Shown piece after piece: positions 37,420 to 47,835 of a DNA stretch of 64,000 nt. Source of the stretch: a virus (lineage: Duplodnaviria; Caudoviricetes); the IMG/VR virus record IMGVR_UViG_2894657497_000001, positions 25,820 through 89,819 of that record. One strand, 5' to 3'. The stretch's first letter is position 1; each line of letters starts with the position of its first letter. The position numbers were made by a program, and so were the translations under genes. The notes beneath the pieces were generated by a model, which did no database searches, had not been told where the DNA came from, and was given only the letters and a program-made list of their open reading frames with translations.

Positions 37420-38553
37420 ATGGCATTCGAAATCGTAACAGCAGAGACGCGATACTCGCGGATGAAGACATGGTTCACCGGGATTTGCTCGGCAATAACC
37501 GACTTCACCGAAGGGTCCAAGATCCGGTCAAAATTCGAGACGGTTGCCGTCGAGATGGAATCCCGCGATCTATCGTTTTACCAGGCGATCAAAAAAGCGA
37601 TTCCGATATCCCTCTACCGTGCGTTTTCCTTTACCCTAAAATCGGCGCAGAAATCTACCGGGTACGTGGTTTTCAGCGTAGGAACAGCGGTCACAAAAGA
37701 TACCCTGATTGCCAAAGGGACCATCGTCTCCACCGACCCGTCGTCGGCTGAAAACGCCGTCACGTTCGTAACCACCGACGATGCATACATTACGAACGGC
37801 AACACCAGCGTAACGGCACATATCGAATGTAGTGTGGCCGGGACTGCCGGCAATGTCTCAGCCGGCCAGATAACCAAAATTGCCTCGTCCTCGTCGGCGA
37901 CGGCATGCACCAACACATCAGCAACGACAGGCGGAACTGAAAAGGAAACAGAAGAAGAACGCCGGATCCGGTTCCTAAATTACATCTCGTCTCTGTCCAG
38001 AGCGACACCAGCAGCATTGGTCTACGGGGCGACTACCGCAGCCCTCTATGATGCGTCGGGCATAACCACCGATTCGGTATCAGACGCCGTGGTGGAAGAA
38101 CTATTCATCACCAACACCACGCAGCCTGCAGGATTGCTTAACCTGTATATTTACAACGGCACGGGAGGGACCAGCGCGGCCCTGGTTGCCGCGACCCAAA
38201 AGATCATCGACGGATACACCAATACGGATGGGACGATTGTGGCGGGATACAAAGCGGCTGGCGTCGTGGTCACCGTTATGGCGGCTACCGAGACGGCGAT
38301 CAATTTCAGTGTCGCCATCACCCTGCAAACGGGATACGACTCCGCAACAGTCATATCCACGGTGAAAAGCACCATCGACACCTACGTTAACAGCCTCGGA
38401 GTCGGCAAGGCGTTCATCTACAATGAGATGGTGGAGCGCATCATGGGGATAAGCGGGGTTTACAATGCGGTGATTTCAGCCCCCACCGCAGATATGACGC
38501 CCGCAGCCAACCAGGTGTACCTGCCCGGCACAAAGACGGTGACCGCATCATGA
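37420..38553 (+). CDS. Baseplate J-like wedge protein
   Basis: ITDF..GS..RS..E, GTAGNV.AG.I, GG.EKE..EE.R.R, YKAAGV. Confidence 0.9.
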   Translation: MAFEIVTAETRYSRMKTWFTGICSAITDFTEGSKIRSKFETVAVEMESRDLSFYQAIKKAIPISLYRAFSFTLKSAQKSTGYVVFSVGTAVTKDTLIAKGTIVSTDPSSAENAVTFVTTDDAYITNGNTSVTAHIECSVAGTAGNVSAGQITKIASSSSATACTNTSATTGGTEKETEEERRIRFLNYISSLSRATPAALVYGATTAALYDASGITTDSVSDAVVEELFITNTTQPAGLLNLYIYNGTGGTSAALVAATQKIIDGYTNTDGTIVAGYKAAGVVVTVMAATETAINFSVAITLQTGYDSATVISTVKSTIDTYVNSLGVGKAFIYNEMVERIMGISGVYNAVISAPTADMTPAANQVYLPGTKTVTAS

Positions 38554-39566
38554 TACGTAGCCTGCTCAAACGACTGAACCGGGTATTTAACAAAGAGCCT
38601 GGCAACCAAGCCATTGCTACGCTGACGCCAGCGGCCCAGATCACGCTGTCGATAGCGAAGCAGAAGATCTCCATAACGACAGCCACGGCAGCCACCATAA
38701 TCGACATTTCCAGTATTACCGTAGCCGAGGCGATAACGGCGATGAATGCCATCAGCGGTATCAGCGCAACGCTTCTGGATAGCAGCTACGCCGGTAAACT
38801 TGCCCGCGGGATACTCGATATCAACAGCCAGACCGTGTCCGGATCAACGAGCCTATATTACCCGACCAACATGACATGGTTGGAGATGCAGACATACGCT
38901 TGGGCGCTGGAAGAACAAAATAGCAACGCAGACCAGGCGGAGCAGTGTGCCTATATGCATTCGGCAACGGGGGTATGGGCCGATACATGGTTCCGCGACC
39001 ACTGTGGAGTGTATCGGGACGACGGGGAGAGCGACAGCGATTATTTGCTCCGGGCGATCAAAGAAATAACGGCCATCAAAGCAAATAACCTGTCGATGTC
39101 GAAACTGGTTAAGGACGCGCTCGGCGTCGATGTGAACTTCTTGGACGCCATGAGCCACCTCGACGAGATGGACGCCAGCCAGCAATCATTGGCACCGTGC
39201 CGGTTCTTGCTGGATATGTCGATCCCAAACGACCTATCCAGTACCGAGGCAACCGCGCTCATAGCAAAAATCAAGACCGTAGCCGCCACTTATCGGGCTG
39301 GCGGCACTTATTTTATGGATGCCCCATTGAGAAAAAGCATCGCTCCGAATGAATCGATCAGCATCTCGGAAACGATACTCGTTACAACCAATGCTGCTGT
39401 GAGCGATACCCTGATACCCGGCATGATTTACGTTGGAGCCGGGCATGTGGTGGGAGCCCCCAACCTTAAGGTGGGGATCAATGGCCCAATGCTGGAGCAA
39501 GTCGTCGTTAGAAAATTAAACGCATCAGATAACACGGTAGCAGCCTTGTCCGTTTACGGAGGATAG
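38550..39566 (+). CDS. Baseplate gpI-like wedge protein
   Basis: SATG.W.D.W...GV.R..GESD..Y..R. Confidence 0.7.
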   Translation: MIRSLLKRLNRVFNKEPGNQAIATLTPAAQITLSIAKQKISITTATAATIIDISSITVAEAITAMNAISGISATLLDSSYAGKLARGILDINSQTVSGSTSLYYPTNMTWLEMQTYAWALEEQNSNADQAEQCAYMHSATGVWADTWFRDHCGVYRDDGESDSDYLLRAIKEITAIKANNLSMSKLVKDALGVDVNFLDAMSHLDEMDASQQSLAPCRFLLDMSIPNDLSSTEATALIAKIKTVAATYRAGGTYFMDAPLRKSIAPNESISISETILVTTNAAVSDTLIPGMIYVGAGHVVGAPNLKVGINGPMLEQVVVRKLNASDNTVAALSVYGG

Positions 39567-39567
39567 A

Positions 39568-40011
39568 GTGGAAGAATTTATAAAAGTGATTGGTAACGTA
39601 GTTATCACCAAGATTTATAACGATGGCAGACGGGAAGTCGTGTGGGATGATCACAACCTTGTCGTCAACGTCGGAAAGACCATCCTTGCAAAACTGCTGT
39701 CGCATGATGCCAACTATTTGAACGATTATATATCCACCATCGCCTTCGGCACCGGCACTGCGGCGGTCACGTCCACGGACACAGCGATGCAGGCCCAGCA
39801 GTTCTCTGCGGCGGTTACTACGAGTTATCCGGCATACAATCAGGTGACGTTTTCGGCCACCATGGGAGCCACAGACGGTGGCAGCTACACATACACTGAG
39901 CTAGGGCTGCTGAGTGCATCCGGAAAGATGTTCGCACACCTTATCGTGTCCGCCATCACAAAAAGCGCAGCGTACAAAATTCAGGTCGATTGGACTATGA
40001 CGTTTCCCTAA
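39568..40011 (+). CDS. Baseplate/fibre attachment protein
   Basis: HNLVVN.G...IAFGTG...TELGL...I.K...VDW. Confidence 0.7.
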   Translation: MEEFIKVIGNVVITKIYNDGRREVVWDDHNLVVNVGKTILAKLLSHDANYLNDYISTIAFGTGTAAVTSTDTAMQAQQFSAAVTTSYPAYNQVTFSATMGATDGGSYTYTELGLLSASGKMFAHLIVSAITKSAAYKIQVDWTMTFP

Positions 40012-40039
40012 CGTGTAGCGCATAGCATACGAGGCATTC

Positions 40040-41056
40040 ATGTTAAATCTGACAGAAGTATCAACCTGGACGGCTGCGGTTTCGGTGCCCGCTACTGGTG
40101 ACATCATCACCCAAGACCTGCTCGATACCGCACCGCAAGCGCTCGCAAACCGGACGCTATACCTGAAGGACACCCTGACGTCGCATACATCGGCCACTGC
40201 CGGTGTACACGGCGTCATAGGATCCGTAGTTGGTACGACCGATACCCAGACGCTGACGAACAAGACTATTGTCGCAGCCAACAACACGATCACTACGGCG
40301 GCCAACGGGAACCTGACATCCACAAATCTCAACTCCGCCCTGGCAGAACTGCAAAGCGATATCGATACCCGGCAGCCGGCGTCAACGGCAATCACCACCA
40401 GCAACATTGGTAGCCAATCGGTCAATTATGCGACGTCGGCAGGATCAGCCTCAAGTGCGGGGAACGCAGATACCCTCGATGGTCAGCATGGGAGTTATTA
40501 CCAGCCGGCCTCCACAGCTATCACTACATCGAATATAGGGAGCCAATCGGTAGCTGCGGCTTCATGGGCCAGCGACTCAGGGCGGCTCAATGGCCAGGCA
40601 TCGAGCTATTACCAGCCGGCGTCAACGGCAATCACCACCAGCAATATTGGTAGCCAATCGGTCAATTATGCGGCGTCGGCAGGAAACGCAAATACCGTAG
40701 GCGGATATTATGCATCGCAATTTTTGGCGGCAAGCTCGTACAACATACAAGCCTGGGTTAACTTCACTAGTGTTGGTACAGTTGCCATCCGCACAGGATT
40801 GAATGTATCCAGTATCACAGACAATGGCGTCGGTGATTTTACATTCAACTTTGAGTCTAACATGATCGACAATCTGTATGCCGTACTAGCAACTGCTGGT
40901 CAGGTAAATGGGGCTTATGGCCTAATTGGAGTTAACCCGTTCGGAAAGGCTAATACCAACTATACCCCGTACAATTCTAGTTTTAGATTTTTTATAGCCA
41001 ATGACACAGGTTCTCCAGTTGATGCTGCATATATATTTCTGGCCGTATTGAGATAA
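40040..41056 (+). CDS. Tail fibre protein
   Basis: QALANRT.YLK, ADTLDG, AWVNF...NVSSITDNG.G.F; three internal repeats. Confidence 0.8.
   Translation: MLNLTEVSTWTAAVSVPATGDIITQDLLDTAPQALANRTLYLKDTLTSHTSATAGVHGVIGSVVGTTDTQTLTNKTIVAANNTITTAANGNLTSTNLNSALAELQSDIDTRQPASTAITTSNIGSQSVNYATSAGSASSAGNADTLDGQHGSYYQPASTAITTSNIGSQSVAAASWASDSGRLNGQASSYYQPASTAITTSNIGSQSVNYAASAGNANTVGGYYASQFLAASSYNIQAWVNFTSVGTVAIRTGLNVSSITDNGVGDFTFNFESNMIDNLYAVLATAGQVNGAYGLIGVNPFGKANTNYTPYNSSFRFFIANDTGSPVDAAYIFLAVLR
40373..40684 (+). repeat. Three QPASTAITTSNIGSQSV repeats; copies 1 and 3 are near-identical over about 72 bp
   Basis: Copies start at about 40373, 40502 and 40613. Confidence 0.85.
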
Positions 41057-41072
41057 AAAAGGACGGTTAAAA

Positions 41073-41264
41073 ATGGCAAGTAGGATTATTTACCCAACTG
41101 ACGATGGTGGAGTAGCAGTAATTATACCCGTTCTTGAATGCGGCCTGACTATTGAGCAGATCGCAGCCAAAGACGTCCCGGCAGGGAAGGCATTCAAGAT
41201 AGTAGACTCGGCAGACATACCAACCGATAGGACATTCCGGGCAGCATGGGAGTACACGGCATGA
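41073..41264 (+). CDS. Tail fibre assembly-like protein
   Basis: IAAKDVP.G...IV...DIP.DRTFR.AW. Confidence 0.75.
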   Translation: MASRIIYPTDDGGVAVIIPVLECGLTIEQIAAKDVPAGKAFKIVDSADIPTDRTFRAAWEYTA

Positions 41265-41491
41265 GCATAACAGTCAATCTGGATAAATCGAAGACCATCG
41301 CACACGAAATCCGCAGGAAAAAGCGAGCGGCAGAATTCGCACCGCTGGATATAAAGGCAACCATCGCAGCCGAGGCTACCGCAGCCGAGGCGTCCCGGGT
41401 TACGATCCGAGAGAAATACGCTGTATTGCAAACGAACATTGACGCCGCCACGACAGTGGACACTTTGAGCACCATAGTCGGTTCGATGTAA
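41261..41491 (+). CDS. Tail fibre assembly-like protein
   Basis: ATGA-coupled; IAHEIRR..RA.EFAPLD. Confidence 0.7.
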   Translation: MSITVNLDKSKTIAHEIRRKKRAAEFAPLDIKATIAAEATAAEASRVTIREKYAVLQTNIDAATTVDTLSTIVGSM

Positions 41492-41550
41492 AAATCAGAG
41501 TCCTCACGGCCTGATACTCAAAAAACTACAAACGACCGGAGAACACCAGG

Positions 41551-41991
41551 ATGGGCGAGATGGAGGAATTACGATTGGCGGTCGGCCATGTGCAACAGGA
41601 TGTGGCCGAGATAAAGGGTGCCCTGCCGAAAATCGCAGAGGCGCTCACCGAACTGACGCTGATCAACGACCGGCAGCTTCGGGACAGCCAGGAACATAGG
41701 GAGTTTTGGGAACGCATCGACGAACACGGAGATGACATCACCAGGCTCAAGCTGAAACTCGAAAAGATTTCGACAATCCAAACGGAATGCATCAAGCGCC
41801 AGGGAGTCGAACATGGGCAGGAAGCAGCCAAGAGCCTGCAGGACCGAGGAACGATCAGCGCGATAGCGGTCAACATAGTCGTAGCGCTGATTACCATGAT
41901 GTTGACATTGGTTTTTGCGCATGGCTCCGATTTTTTCAAAAAGTCGGACGGAGCCAGCGAGATCCACAAAGCACAAGGAGAAAAGCCGTGA
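41551..41991 (+). CDS. Coiled-coil membrane protein (holin/antiholin-like)
   Basis: C-terminal TM segment; start of the lysis cluster. Confidence 0.55.
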   Translation: MGEMEELRLAVGHVQQDVAEIKGALPKIAEALTELTLINDRQLRDSQEHREFWERIDEHGDDITRLKLKLEKISTIQTECIKRQGVEHGQEAAKSLQDRGTISAIAVNIVVALITMMLTLVFAHGSDFFKKSDGASEIHKAQGEKP

Positions 41992-42272
41992 TTAAAAGAT
42001 TTTTACCGCTGATTATTGTAGTCCTTGCCGGCCTGTGTTTTACCCCGAATTTTGCCAGCCTGCAACTGGCACTGTTCACCACCGGCGTCGTCGGCCTCGT
42101 GCTACTCATGACCCTGTTCATTATCGGGATCACCGACAAGTGGGGGATCCTGCCCGACATCAACCTCCCCGACATTTACGCATCGGCAGTTGCATCACCC
42201 GATGGGGCGGCCAAGGTATTCCAGGCGCTCATTCTGCTGATCTGCGTGGTCCTCTACGTCGTGGCCACATGA
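41988..42272 (+). CDS. Holin-like protein with three TM segments
   Basis: AAGGAG RBS + GTG; three hydrophobic segments; upstream of the endolysin. Confidence 0.6.
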   Translation: MIKRFLPLIIVVLAGLCFTPNFASLQLALFTTGVVGLVLLMTLFIIGITDKWGILPDINLPDIYASAVASPDGAAKVFQALILLICVVLYVVAT

Positions 42273-42889
42273 AACGATTGAGCATAGTCATACTGCTGCT
42301 GCTCACAGCCACAACGGCGTTCGCTGGCGGATATGCGACATACGGGCCGGTACTGCAAAGCTCATTTGCAAAATACTGGCAGGCGGCGCCGATGCAATAC
42401 ATCCCGTGCGGGCAGGTGGAGCAGGAAAGCGAATGGAACCCCAAAGCGCACCTGCACACCTCCCGCGAGGATGGTTATGGCCTGGTGCAGATGACCGTAA
42501 CCAAGAATTTCAACATATTCAAGTCCGCGGTCACCATGAAACCGCTCCGGAAATGGGACTGGCGCAAGGATCCATACAACCCTGAAAACCAACTGGCGTT
42601 CCTGGTGCTGCAGGATAAAACCTCGTGGAACAACGTCAGAAAATGGATGCGGGACGATGCCGAAGGATGGAAGGCTACGCTGGTTAGTTACAATGCCGGC
42701 CTTGGCCGGGTCATGAAGCGCCGGACCTATGCCATAGCTAAAGGCATTCCCCATGATCGGTGGACCGGGGGGCTAGACCAGGCGCACACGCCGGGGGAAA
42801 CCACCCTCCTGTACGGCAGACCGATGTGGAAAGCGGTCAACGAATACCCGGCGCTGATCTTCAAAAAAGCGGAGAAATACAGGAAATGA
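42269..42889 (+). CDS. Endolysin: SLT lytic transglycosylase with signal peptide
   Basis: QVEQES.WNP.A, GLVQM, SYNAGLG. Confidence 0.85.
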   Translation: MKRLSIVILLLLTATTAFAGGYATYGPVLQSSFAKYWQAAPMQYIPCGQVEQESEWNPKAHLHTSREDGYGLVQMTVTKNFNIFKSAVTMKPLRKWDWRKDPYNPENQLAFLVLQDKTSWNNVRKWMRDDAEGWKATLVSYNAGLGRVMKRRTYAIAKGIPHDRWTGGLDQAHTPGETTLLYGRPMWKAVNEYPALIFKKAEKYRK

Positions 42890-43272
42890 AAACCATCAAA
42901 CAATACTGGAAAGAGATAGCCATCGGCATTTTGATAGTGGTCGTCTGCTTCATATCATGGCGCTGGACGGTCGCCAAAGCCCAGGTGACGACGATACAGG
43001 CAACCCAGAGCAGGCAGAACACCATCAGCACCGTGACGGCAGCGAATGGAGAGGTCCAGCAGCGGGAGGCCGTCGAGTACCCGAAGCTCGATAAGACCAT
43101 CGCTGACAACAACAGCCAACGGAAGCAGATCAAAAAACAAGAGGCGGCCATAAAGGTGCCGATCAAGGAGGACATGCAGAATGAGATCGAAAAACAAACT
43201 CAAGGGGATAGCCAGCGCCTTGCTGATATGTTTCGCGCTGACGGTTATCCCTGCTCAGTCGTTACGCGCTGA
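42886..43272 (+). CDS. i-spanin (Rz)-like protein
   Basis: N-terminal TM plus coiled coil, after the endolysin. Confidence 0.55.
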   Translation: MKTIKQYWKEIAIGILIVVVCFISWRWTVAKAQVTTIQATQSRQNTISTVTAANGEVQQREAVEYPKLDKTIADNNSQRKQIKKQEAAIKVPIKEDMQNEIEKQTQGDSQRLADMFRADGYPCSVVTR

Positions 43273-43615
43273 AACCGGGATTTTTTTCCAGTACAGTACC
43301 GCAACCAAGCTGCTGACCGATCTGCGGTACAACAAGCAGGCCGCAGCGGCGTACCAGCAAAAATACAGCCTGTGCGACAAGGACAGGGCCTTGCTGGTGA
43401 GCAACGAAGCCGCGCTGACGGCCAAAGTGGACGGACTGGAGAAAGACAAGGGGATCTACAAGAAGGAAGCGGAGAAATTCCAGGCTCTTTATACCGATGC
43501 GGACAAGGCCAGGATAAAAGCGGAAACGCAGGCCCCCTCCCGACTGACATGGTTTACAGCCGGGGCCGGGGCGGTACTACTCAGCATCGTGGCAATTTTC
43601 TTTGCAGCCAAATAG
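43181..43615 (+). CDS. Spanin-like membrane protein overlapping the Rz-like gene
   Basis: Signal-like N-terminus, coiled coil, C-terminal TM. Confidence 0.5.
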   Translation: MRSKNKLKGIASALLICFALTVIPAQSLRAETGIFFQYSTATKLLTDLRYNKQAAAAYQQKYSLCDKDRALLVSNEAALTAKVDGLEKDKGIYKKEAEKFQALYTDADKARIKAETQAPSRLTWFTAGAGAVLLSIVAIFFAAK

Positions 43616-43629
43616 CCAATTATGGGCAT

Positions 43630-43658
43630 GGTGGCGGCCTATAATGTAGGCCGCCACC
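43630..43658. terminator. Hairpin between the convergent + and - arms
   Basis: GGTGGCGGCCTA-taatg-TAGGCCGCCACC. Confidence 0.7.
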
Positions 43659-43669
43659 CTCCATAGAAA

Positions 43670-44761
43670 CTACCCTTTGATGTTTATGATCGGTCGGACA
43701 TGCTGCTTGATCTCCACCATGTCCGACTGCTGCCGCATTACCTCGAAAATGTCCTTATAAGCAAACGGCGACTCGTCCAGGGTATCAGCGTCCACCTTGG
43801 CGACAATGCCGCGCATGGTCTCTCCGAATTGATCCATGGAGAGCGTGCGCTGCGCGTCCTTGCGGCCCAGCACCCGGCCAGCACCGTGAGAACTTGACCA
43901 GAGCGCGTCAGGATTGCCCTTCCCTTGGACAATGAAAGAGCCGTCCCGCATGTTCCCGGGGATCACCCCCATCATACCAGCCTCGGCATGTGTCGCCCCT
44001 TTCCGGTGGATCCACAGGCCATCCTTGAACTCGGCATGGTTGTGGTTCCGGTTGATGCACTCGGGGTCGCGCCAGCCGCCGCAGAATTGTTCGATGGCCT
44101 GGCAGACGCGCTCGATGATCTGGATGCGGTTCTCAAGGGCGAAAGCGAGACAGAAATTCATGTCCGAGATGTAGTCCTGGCCGTTCTGCGAGCCCACGGA
44201 AAACCCGAAGTGCCCCTCTCGGGCTTTCCCGTCGCCGGATGCCAGCTTCATGTAGTGGGTCGCAACAGCGTGGCCGATGCCTCTCGACCCTGAATGGACT
44301 ATGATACAGACCGCGTCATTAGTATCATAGCCGACCTCGATAAAATGGTTTCCGGAGCCAAGGCTAGCAAGCTGGCGCAGGCCATTCTTGGCAAAAATAT
44401 CGGAGAGCACTGAGGTACGAGGAATGTCCAAATAATCCCAATTCGAATCCCGGTTGTTATGGCAGAACCCCACCGGGATATTCTCGTAGATCGCGTCGAA
44501 AATGTTCTGGGCATTTACCGTCACCGCGAAACGGGAGAACGTGGTGTGAACTGCGCACATGCCACAGCCGATATCGTAGCCAATCCAGGAAGGCACGATC
44601 ACCCCATCTGTCGCCACGACAGCACCAATGGGGAGCGCGTAGCCGGCATGGGCATCAGGCATGAGCGCGCCCTTAACGCTGAAGGGCTGGGCCATCGCGC
44701 TTTCAAACTGCTCCAGAGCCTTCGGGTCGAGAACTTCCGCGAAAATCTTTGCGTTTTCCAT
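43670..44761 (-). CDS. rtcB: RtcB family RNA ligase
   Basis: MPDAHAG, GYDIGCGM, GSGNHFIE, HSGSRG, HRKGAT, SHGAGR, DESP.AYK. Confidence 0.95.
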   Translation of the reverse strand: MENAKIFAEVLDPKALEQFESAMAQPFSVKGALMPDAHAGYALPIGAVVATDGVIVPSWIGYDIGCGMCAVHTTFSRFAVTVNAQNIFDAIYENIPVGFCHNNRDSNWDYLDIPRTSVLSDIFAKNGLRQLASLGSGNHFIEVGYDTNDAVCIIVHSGSRGIGHAVATHYMKLASGDGKAREGHFGFSVGSQNGQDYISDMNFCLAFALENRIQIIERVCQAIEQFCGGWRDPECINRNHNHAEFKDGLWIHRKGATHAEAGMMGVIPGNMRDGSFIVQGKGNPDALWSSSHGAGRVLGRKDAQRTLSMDQFGETMRGIVAKVDADTLDESPFAYKDIFEVMRQQSDMVEIKQHVRPIINIKG

Positions 44762-44777
44762 TACTCCGTCCTTCCAT

Positions 44778-44942
44778 TCATTTTTTATTACGACCACAGC
44801 AAAAATATATTGAATTGGTAACCTGGATGATGGAGATTGCCAAGCTACTATCCATGAGTCCTACTGAAGAATGCAGGAGCAGCAACCCGACAACCCATCC
44901 CAGAAGTAACACCAGAGCCCGCATCCACAAGCTCATGCCCAT
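44778..44942 (-). CDS. 54-aa hydrophobic peptide
   Basis: ATG overlaps the sbcC stop; hydrophobic; fills the gap. Confidence 0.35.
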   Translation of the reverse strand: MGMSLWMRALVLLLGWVVGLLLLHSSVGLMDSSLAISIIQVTNSIYFCCGRNKK

Positions 44943-47404
44943 CACCTCGCGTCCACCGATACGCCGCCATTACCCAGAACAATACGGGCGTCCGCCAGGT
45001 CCATCATCTCGGGAGTCTGCGTGATAAAGAACTCCCGGGAGTGGGTACCCGTCCGCAACGATTCCCGCTTGATCTGGTAAAACTCCATTTTTTTGTCCGG
45101 GTCCATGGCTCCGTCTTTTTCGTCAGAGTAAAGGGTGTCGTAGGCCCGGTCGGAACGGTGGATGTTGAACAGGCAGATGCCGCGGGTAATGGCATCCTCG
45201 ATCCAGCTTATCTGCCCCCCGGAGCACTCGGTAATCGACCGCTCGTTTTCCGTTTCCGAGTCGATTATGACGATATCGAAAGCCTCCTTGGTCCCACCGT
45301 CCACCTTCTGCGCTTGGGTATCCATCCGAATAGAGAACCTGGAGCCGTAGCAAGCCCGCAGGAGGTCGTTCACGATGGAGGCAATAGTGGGAGCCGCGTC
45401 GTCAAGTTCGAGCGCTATGATGCCGTCGTTTGAGCACGCCTTTGCCAAAACCGAGAAGGACGACACGTAGGAATTCAGACGGGCAATCTCGGCCTCGGAT
45501 TTTTCCACCTCTCCACGGGCCTTGTCCGCACTGGATGCCTTTGACAGCAGGCCGGCCCGCTGCAGTTCGTGCCCACGGAGCAGAGACTCGGCAGAGGTCA
45601 TGGCGGCCTGGGCACGGGAATATTCTTGTTCCAGGGACAGCACCTGTTTAGCGATATCCACGTCTACCTCGATCACCGATATCTGGGCTTCAAGAGCGAA
45701 CTTGGCAGCCTCATATTCGGAAACGAGCCGGGATTGTTTGTCGCGCAAGGCGGATATCCGGCTATCCAGATCGGCGAGCGCCGCCGCCGACTCCCGGGAG
45801 ATGCGCTCCAAGTCCTCCGTGCCTTTTTTGATCGTAACCTCGGCAATATCCAGTTCGGGAACCAGCTTGTGCCATGGTGCCAAAGCCGCAAGCTCGTCCT
45901 CCATGGATTTCAGCAGCCGGGCAGCGCCAGCGCTCTGCTCTTGGAATGCGGCAAAGTCGGAACCATAGGCACTCTCGTCGGCATCGGTCACTGCGGACAT
46001 GACATCAATCTTTTGCTGTAGGACAATCTCGTCCTGGCCAGGAGCCACCAGAGCCTCGCGCTGGGCCTCCAACCCCAGGAGCCCGTCACGAGCCTTCACG
46101 GCATCCGAGATAAACCGGCAGGAGTCATTGAGAGAACCGGAACCGTCACCATGGCAATCCAGCCCCTGCAATTTGGCAGAGTCGCGCTTCGCCGATGCGA
46201 TCTCGACCGACAGCTTATCCATGGCGGAGTTCCGAGCGGATACCAGAAGCTGCAGGCGGTTACTCAAGCCAGACAGTTCCAGCTTGGCGCCGCTTATGGA
46301 CCTTTGACGCTGGGCCAAATAATCCCGGGTAGGCTCGAAGCCAGCGACCTCCCGCCGCTGGTCTTCGATCTGGGCCGACACAGCCTCGTACCGGGCCGCC
46401 TTCTCCCGAAGCTCGGTCGCATTTCCGGCGATCTTCCTCGAGCGGGCCAGGGCCGCCTCGACGTCGGCGCTCTCCCGATTACTTTTCTGCGTCACGTCCG
46501 AGGACTGTTTTTCCAGAGCAAGGAACTCTCTGGATATTTCCTGTATGGCGGCATGGTGCCGGTTGGAGGTATCTGCCAGAGTCCCTTCCAACTGAGTTCT
46601 GCGAGCCAACTCTGACGTGGCCGAAGCCTGCCGCTCTTTTGCCGCCTGCAGGTCGCCCAGGGTTTTCTCGACCGACGTCCTGGCCACCTTCAGATCGGTA
46701 TTGGCGGAGGCAATGCAAACGTCGAGGTTGGATATCTGCTCCTGCACCCGATCAGCATCCTCGATCTCCGCCCGGAAAGCATCGGCCAGAGCCCGGTGCG
46801 TATTAATGCGGGCGGTCAGTTCCTTGACCACCTGACGGGCCTTGTCGCCCTGGTCGCGGATATGGTCGATGTTAAGCAGTTCGGACAGGATCCCCATGAT
46901 ATCGGACCGGGAATAGTCGGAAAGGTTCTTGGCCCCCTGACAGCGGAAGATGGAGGTAAAGAACAGCGACGGGGAGCCGCAGACCTTCTCGATGGCCTCG
47001 TCATACGTTTTCGTTTTTCCATCGTTCATCGGCTGCCATGTGCCGGCAACGTCTAGGAAGTACAGATAGCACTCCTGCTTTTTCCGGTCGGCGTCGATCA
47101 TGATCAGCGACTTGTACGTCTGGCCGCCCATATCGAACACCAGTTCCTTGCGGGCATCAGAGCCGTAGCACTGGTCGTAATAGGAAAACGCCCCCGGTGA
47201 CCAATCCTTGGCCTTCCTGATTTTGAAGGGCTGGATGCGGTACGGATGTAGGTTATCCAGAAGCGTCGTTTTGCCGGCGCCGTTCGGGCCGCAGATGGCA
47301 ATCAGACCAGGGGGCAAAGCCTCCAGGTTGATCGACACCTCCGCCGCCCCGATGCCGGAGAGGAACCCACGAAATCCGCGGAGATTTATTGATTTGAGAT
47401 GCAT
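44942..47404 (-). CDS. sbcC: SbcC/Rad50-like SMC ATPase
   Basis: GPNGAGKT, Q-loop, coiled coil with central Cys pair, SGG signature, YSDE.DG, ITQ. Confidence 0.9.
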   Translation of the reverse strand: MHLKSINLRGFRGFLSGIGAAEVSINLEALPPGLIAICGPNGAGKTTLLDNLHPYRIQPFKIRKAKDWSPGAFSYYDQCYGSDARKELVFDMGGQTYKSLIMIDADRKKQECYLYFLDVAGTWQPMNDGKTKTYDEAIEKVCGSPSLFFTSIFRCQGAKNLSDYSRSDIMGILSELLNIDHIRDQGDKARQVVKELTARINTHRALADAFRAEIEDADRVQEQISNLDVCIASANTDLKVARTSVEKTLGDLQAAKERQASATSELARRTQLEGTLADTSNRHHAAIQEISREFLALEKQSSDVTQKSNRESADVEAALARSRKIAGNATELREKAARYEAVSAQIEDQRREVAGFEPTRDYLAQRQRSISGAKLELSGLSNRLQLLVSARNSAMDKLSVEIASAKRDSAKLQGLDCHGDGSGSLNDSCRFISDAVKARDGLLGLEAQREALVAPGQDEIVLQQKIDVMSAVTDADESAYGSDFAAFQEQSAGAARLLKSMEDELAALAPWHKLVPELDIAEVTIKKGTEDLERISRESAAALADLDSRISALRDKQSRLVSEYEAAKFALEAQISVIEVDVDIAKQVLSLEQEYSRAQAAMTSAESLLRGHELQRAGLLSKASSADKARGEVEKSEAEIARLNSYVSSFSVLAKACSNDGIIALELDDAAPTIASIVNDLLRACYGSRFSIRMDTQAQKVDGGTKEAFDIVIIDSETENERSITECSGGQISWIEDAITRGICLFNIHRSDRAYDTLYSDEKDGAMDPDKKMEFYQIKRESLRTGTHSREFFITQTPEMMDLADARIVLGNGGVSVDAR

Positions 47405-47554
47405 AAATATCCTTTCAGTACACGAAGATTTTACCGTCAGTATCCTACGAGAGTGCTTCTTTCGTGGCTACTGGGGCTCGGATATAAAACATGGTCATGG
47501 TGCCAGGTTTATGAGAGCCGGACTTGCGCCCGGCCCCTTCGCCGCGGTCGCCTC

Positions 47555-47767
47555 TCACCGATTGCACGACCAACGACAATCACGGCTGAGGCGGCGCGGC
47601 AATCTCACAACAACCAATTTGTCCAGCGTTTTCGGGTCATGTCCAGCTTGGACTGCGGAGGCAAAATCATCAGCTATCCATTGGGCAGTGCGCCTGTAGC
47701 TGGTGCCTGGGTTAATTATAAAACGCCGGTAATCATTCGTATTTACTATCGTTACGAGTCTGGACAT
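47555..47767 (-). CDS. Hypothetical protein
   Basis: AGGAGG RBS before MSRLV. Confidence 0.4.
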   Translation of the reverse strand: MSRLVTIVNTNDYRRFIINPGTSYRRTAQWIADDFASAVQAGHDPKTLDKLVVVRLPRRLSRDCRWSCNR

Positions 47768-47835
47768 GATGTGCCTCCTGTGTGGTTTGTTCATCACTTA
47801 CAGGCATGAGAAGCCACCCCGCTAGAATGATGCGG

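Noticed and set aside
33596-41056. Diversity-generating retroelement or invertible fibre cassette
   Set aside because: No reverse transcriptase or invertase; the repeats are in-frame protein repeats without a template/variable pair.
23119-41491. Tailocin or extracellular contractile injection system
   Set aside because: Portal, protease, capsid and replication genes are present, so this is a phage.
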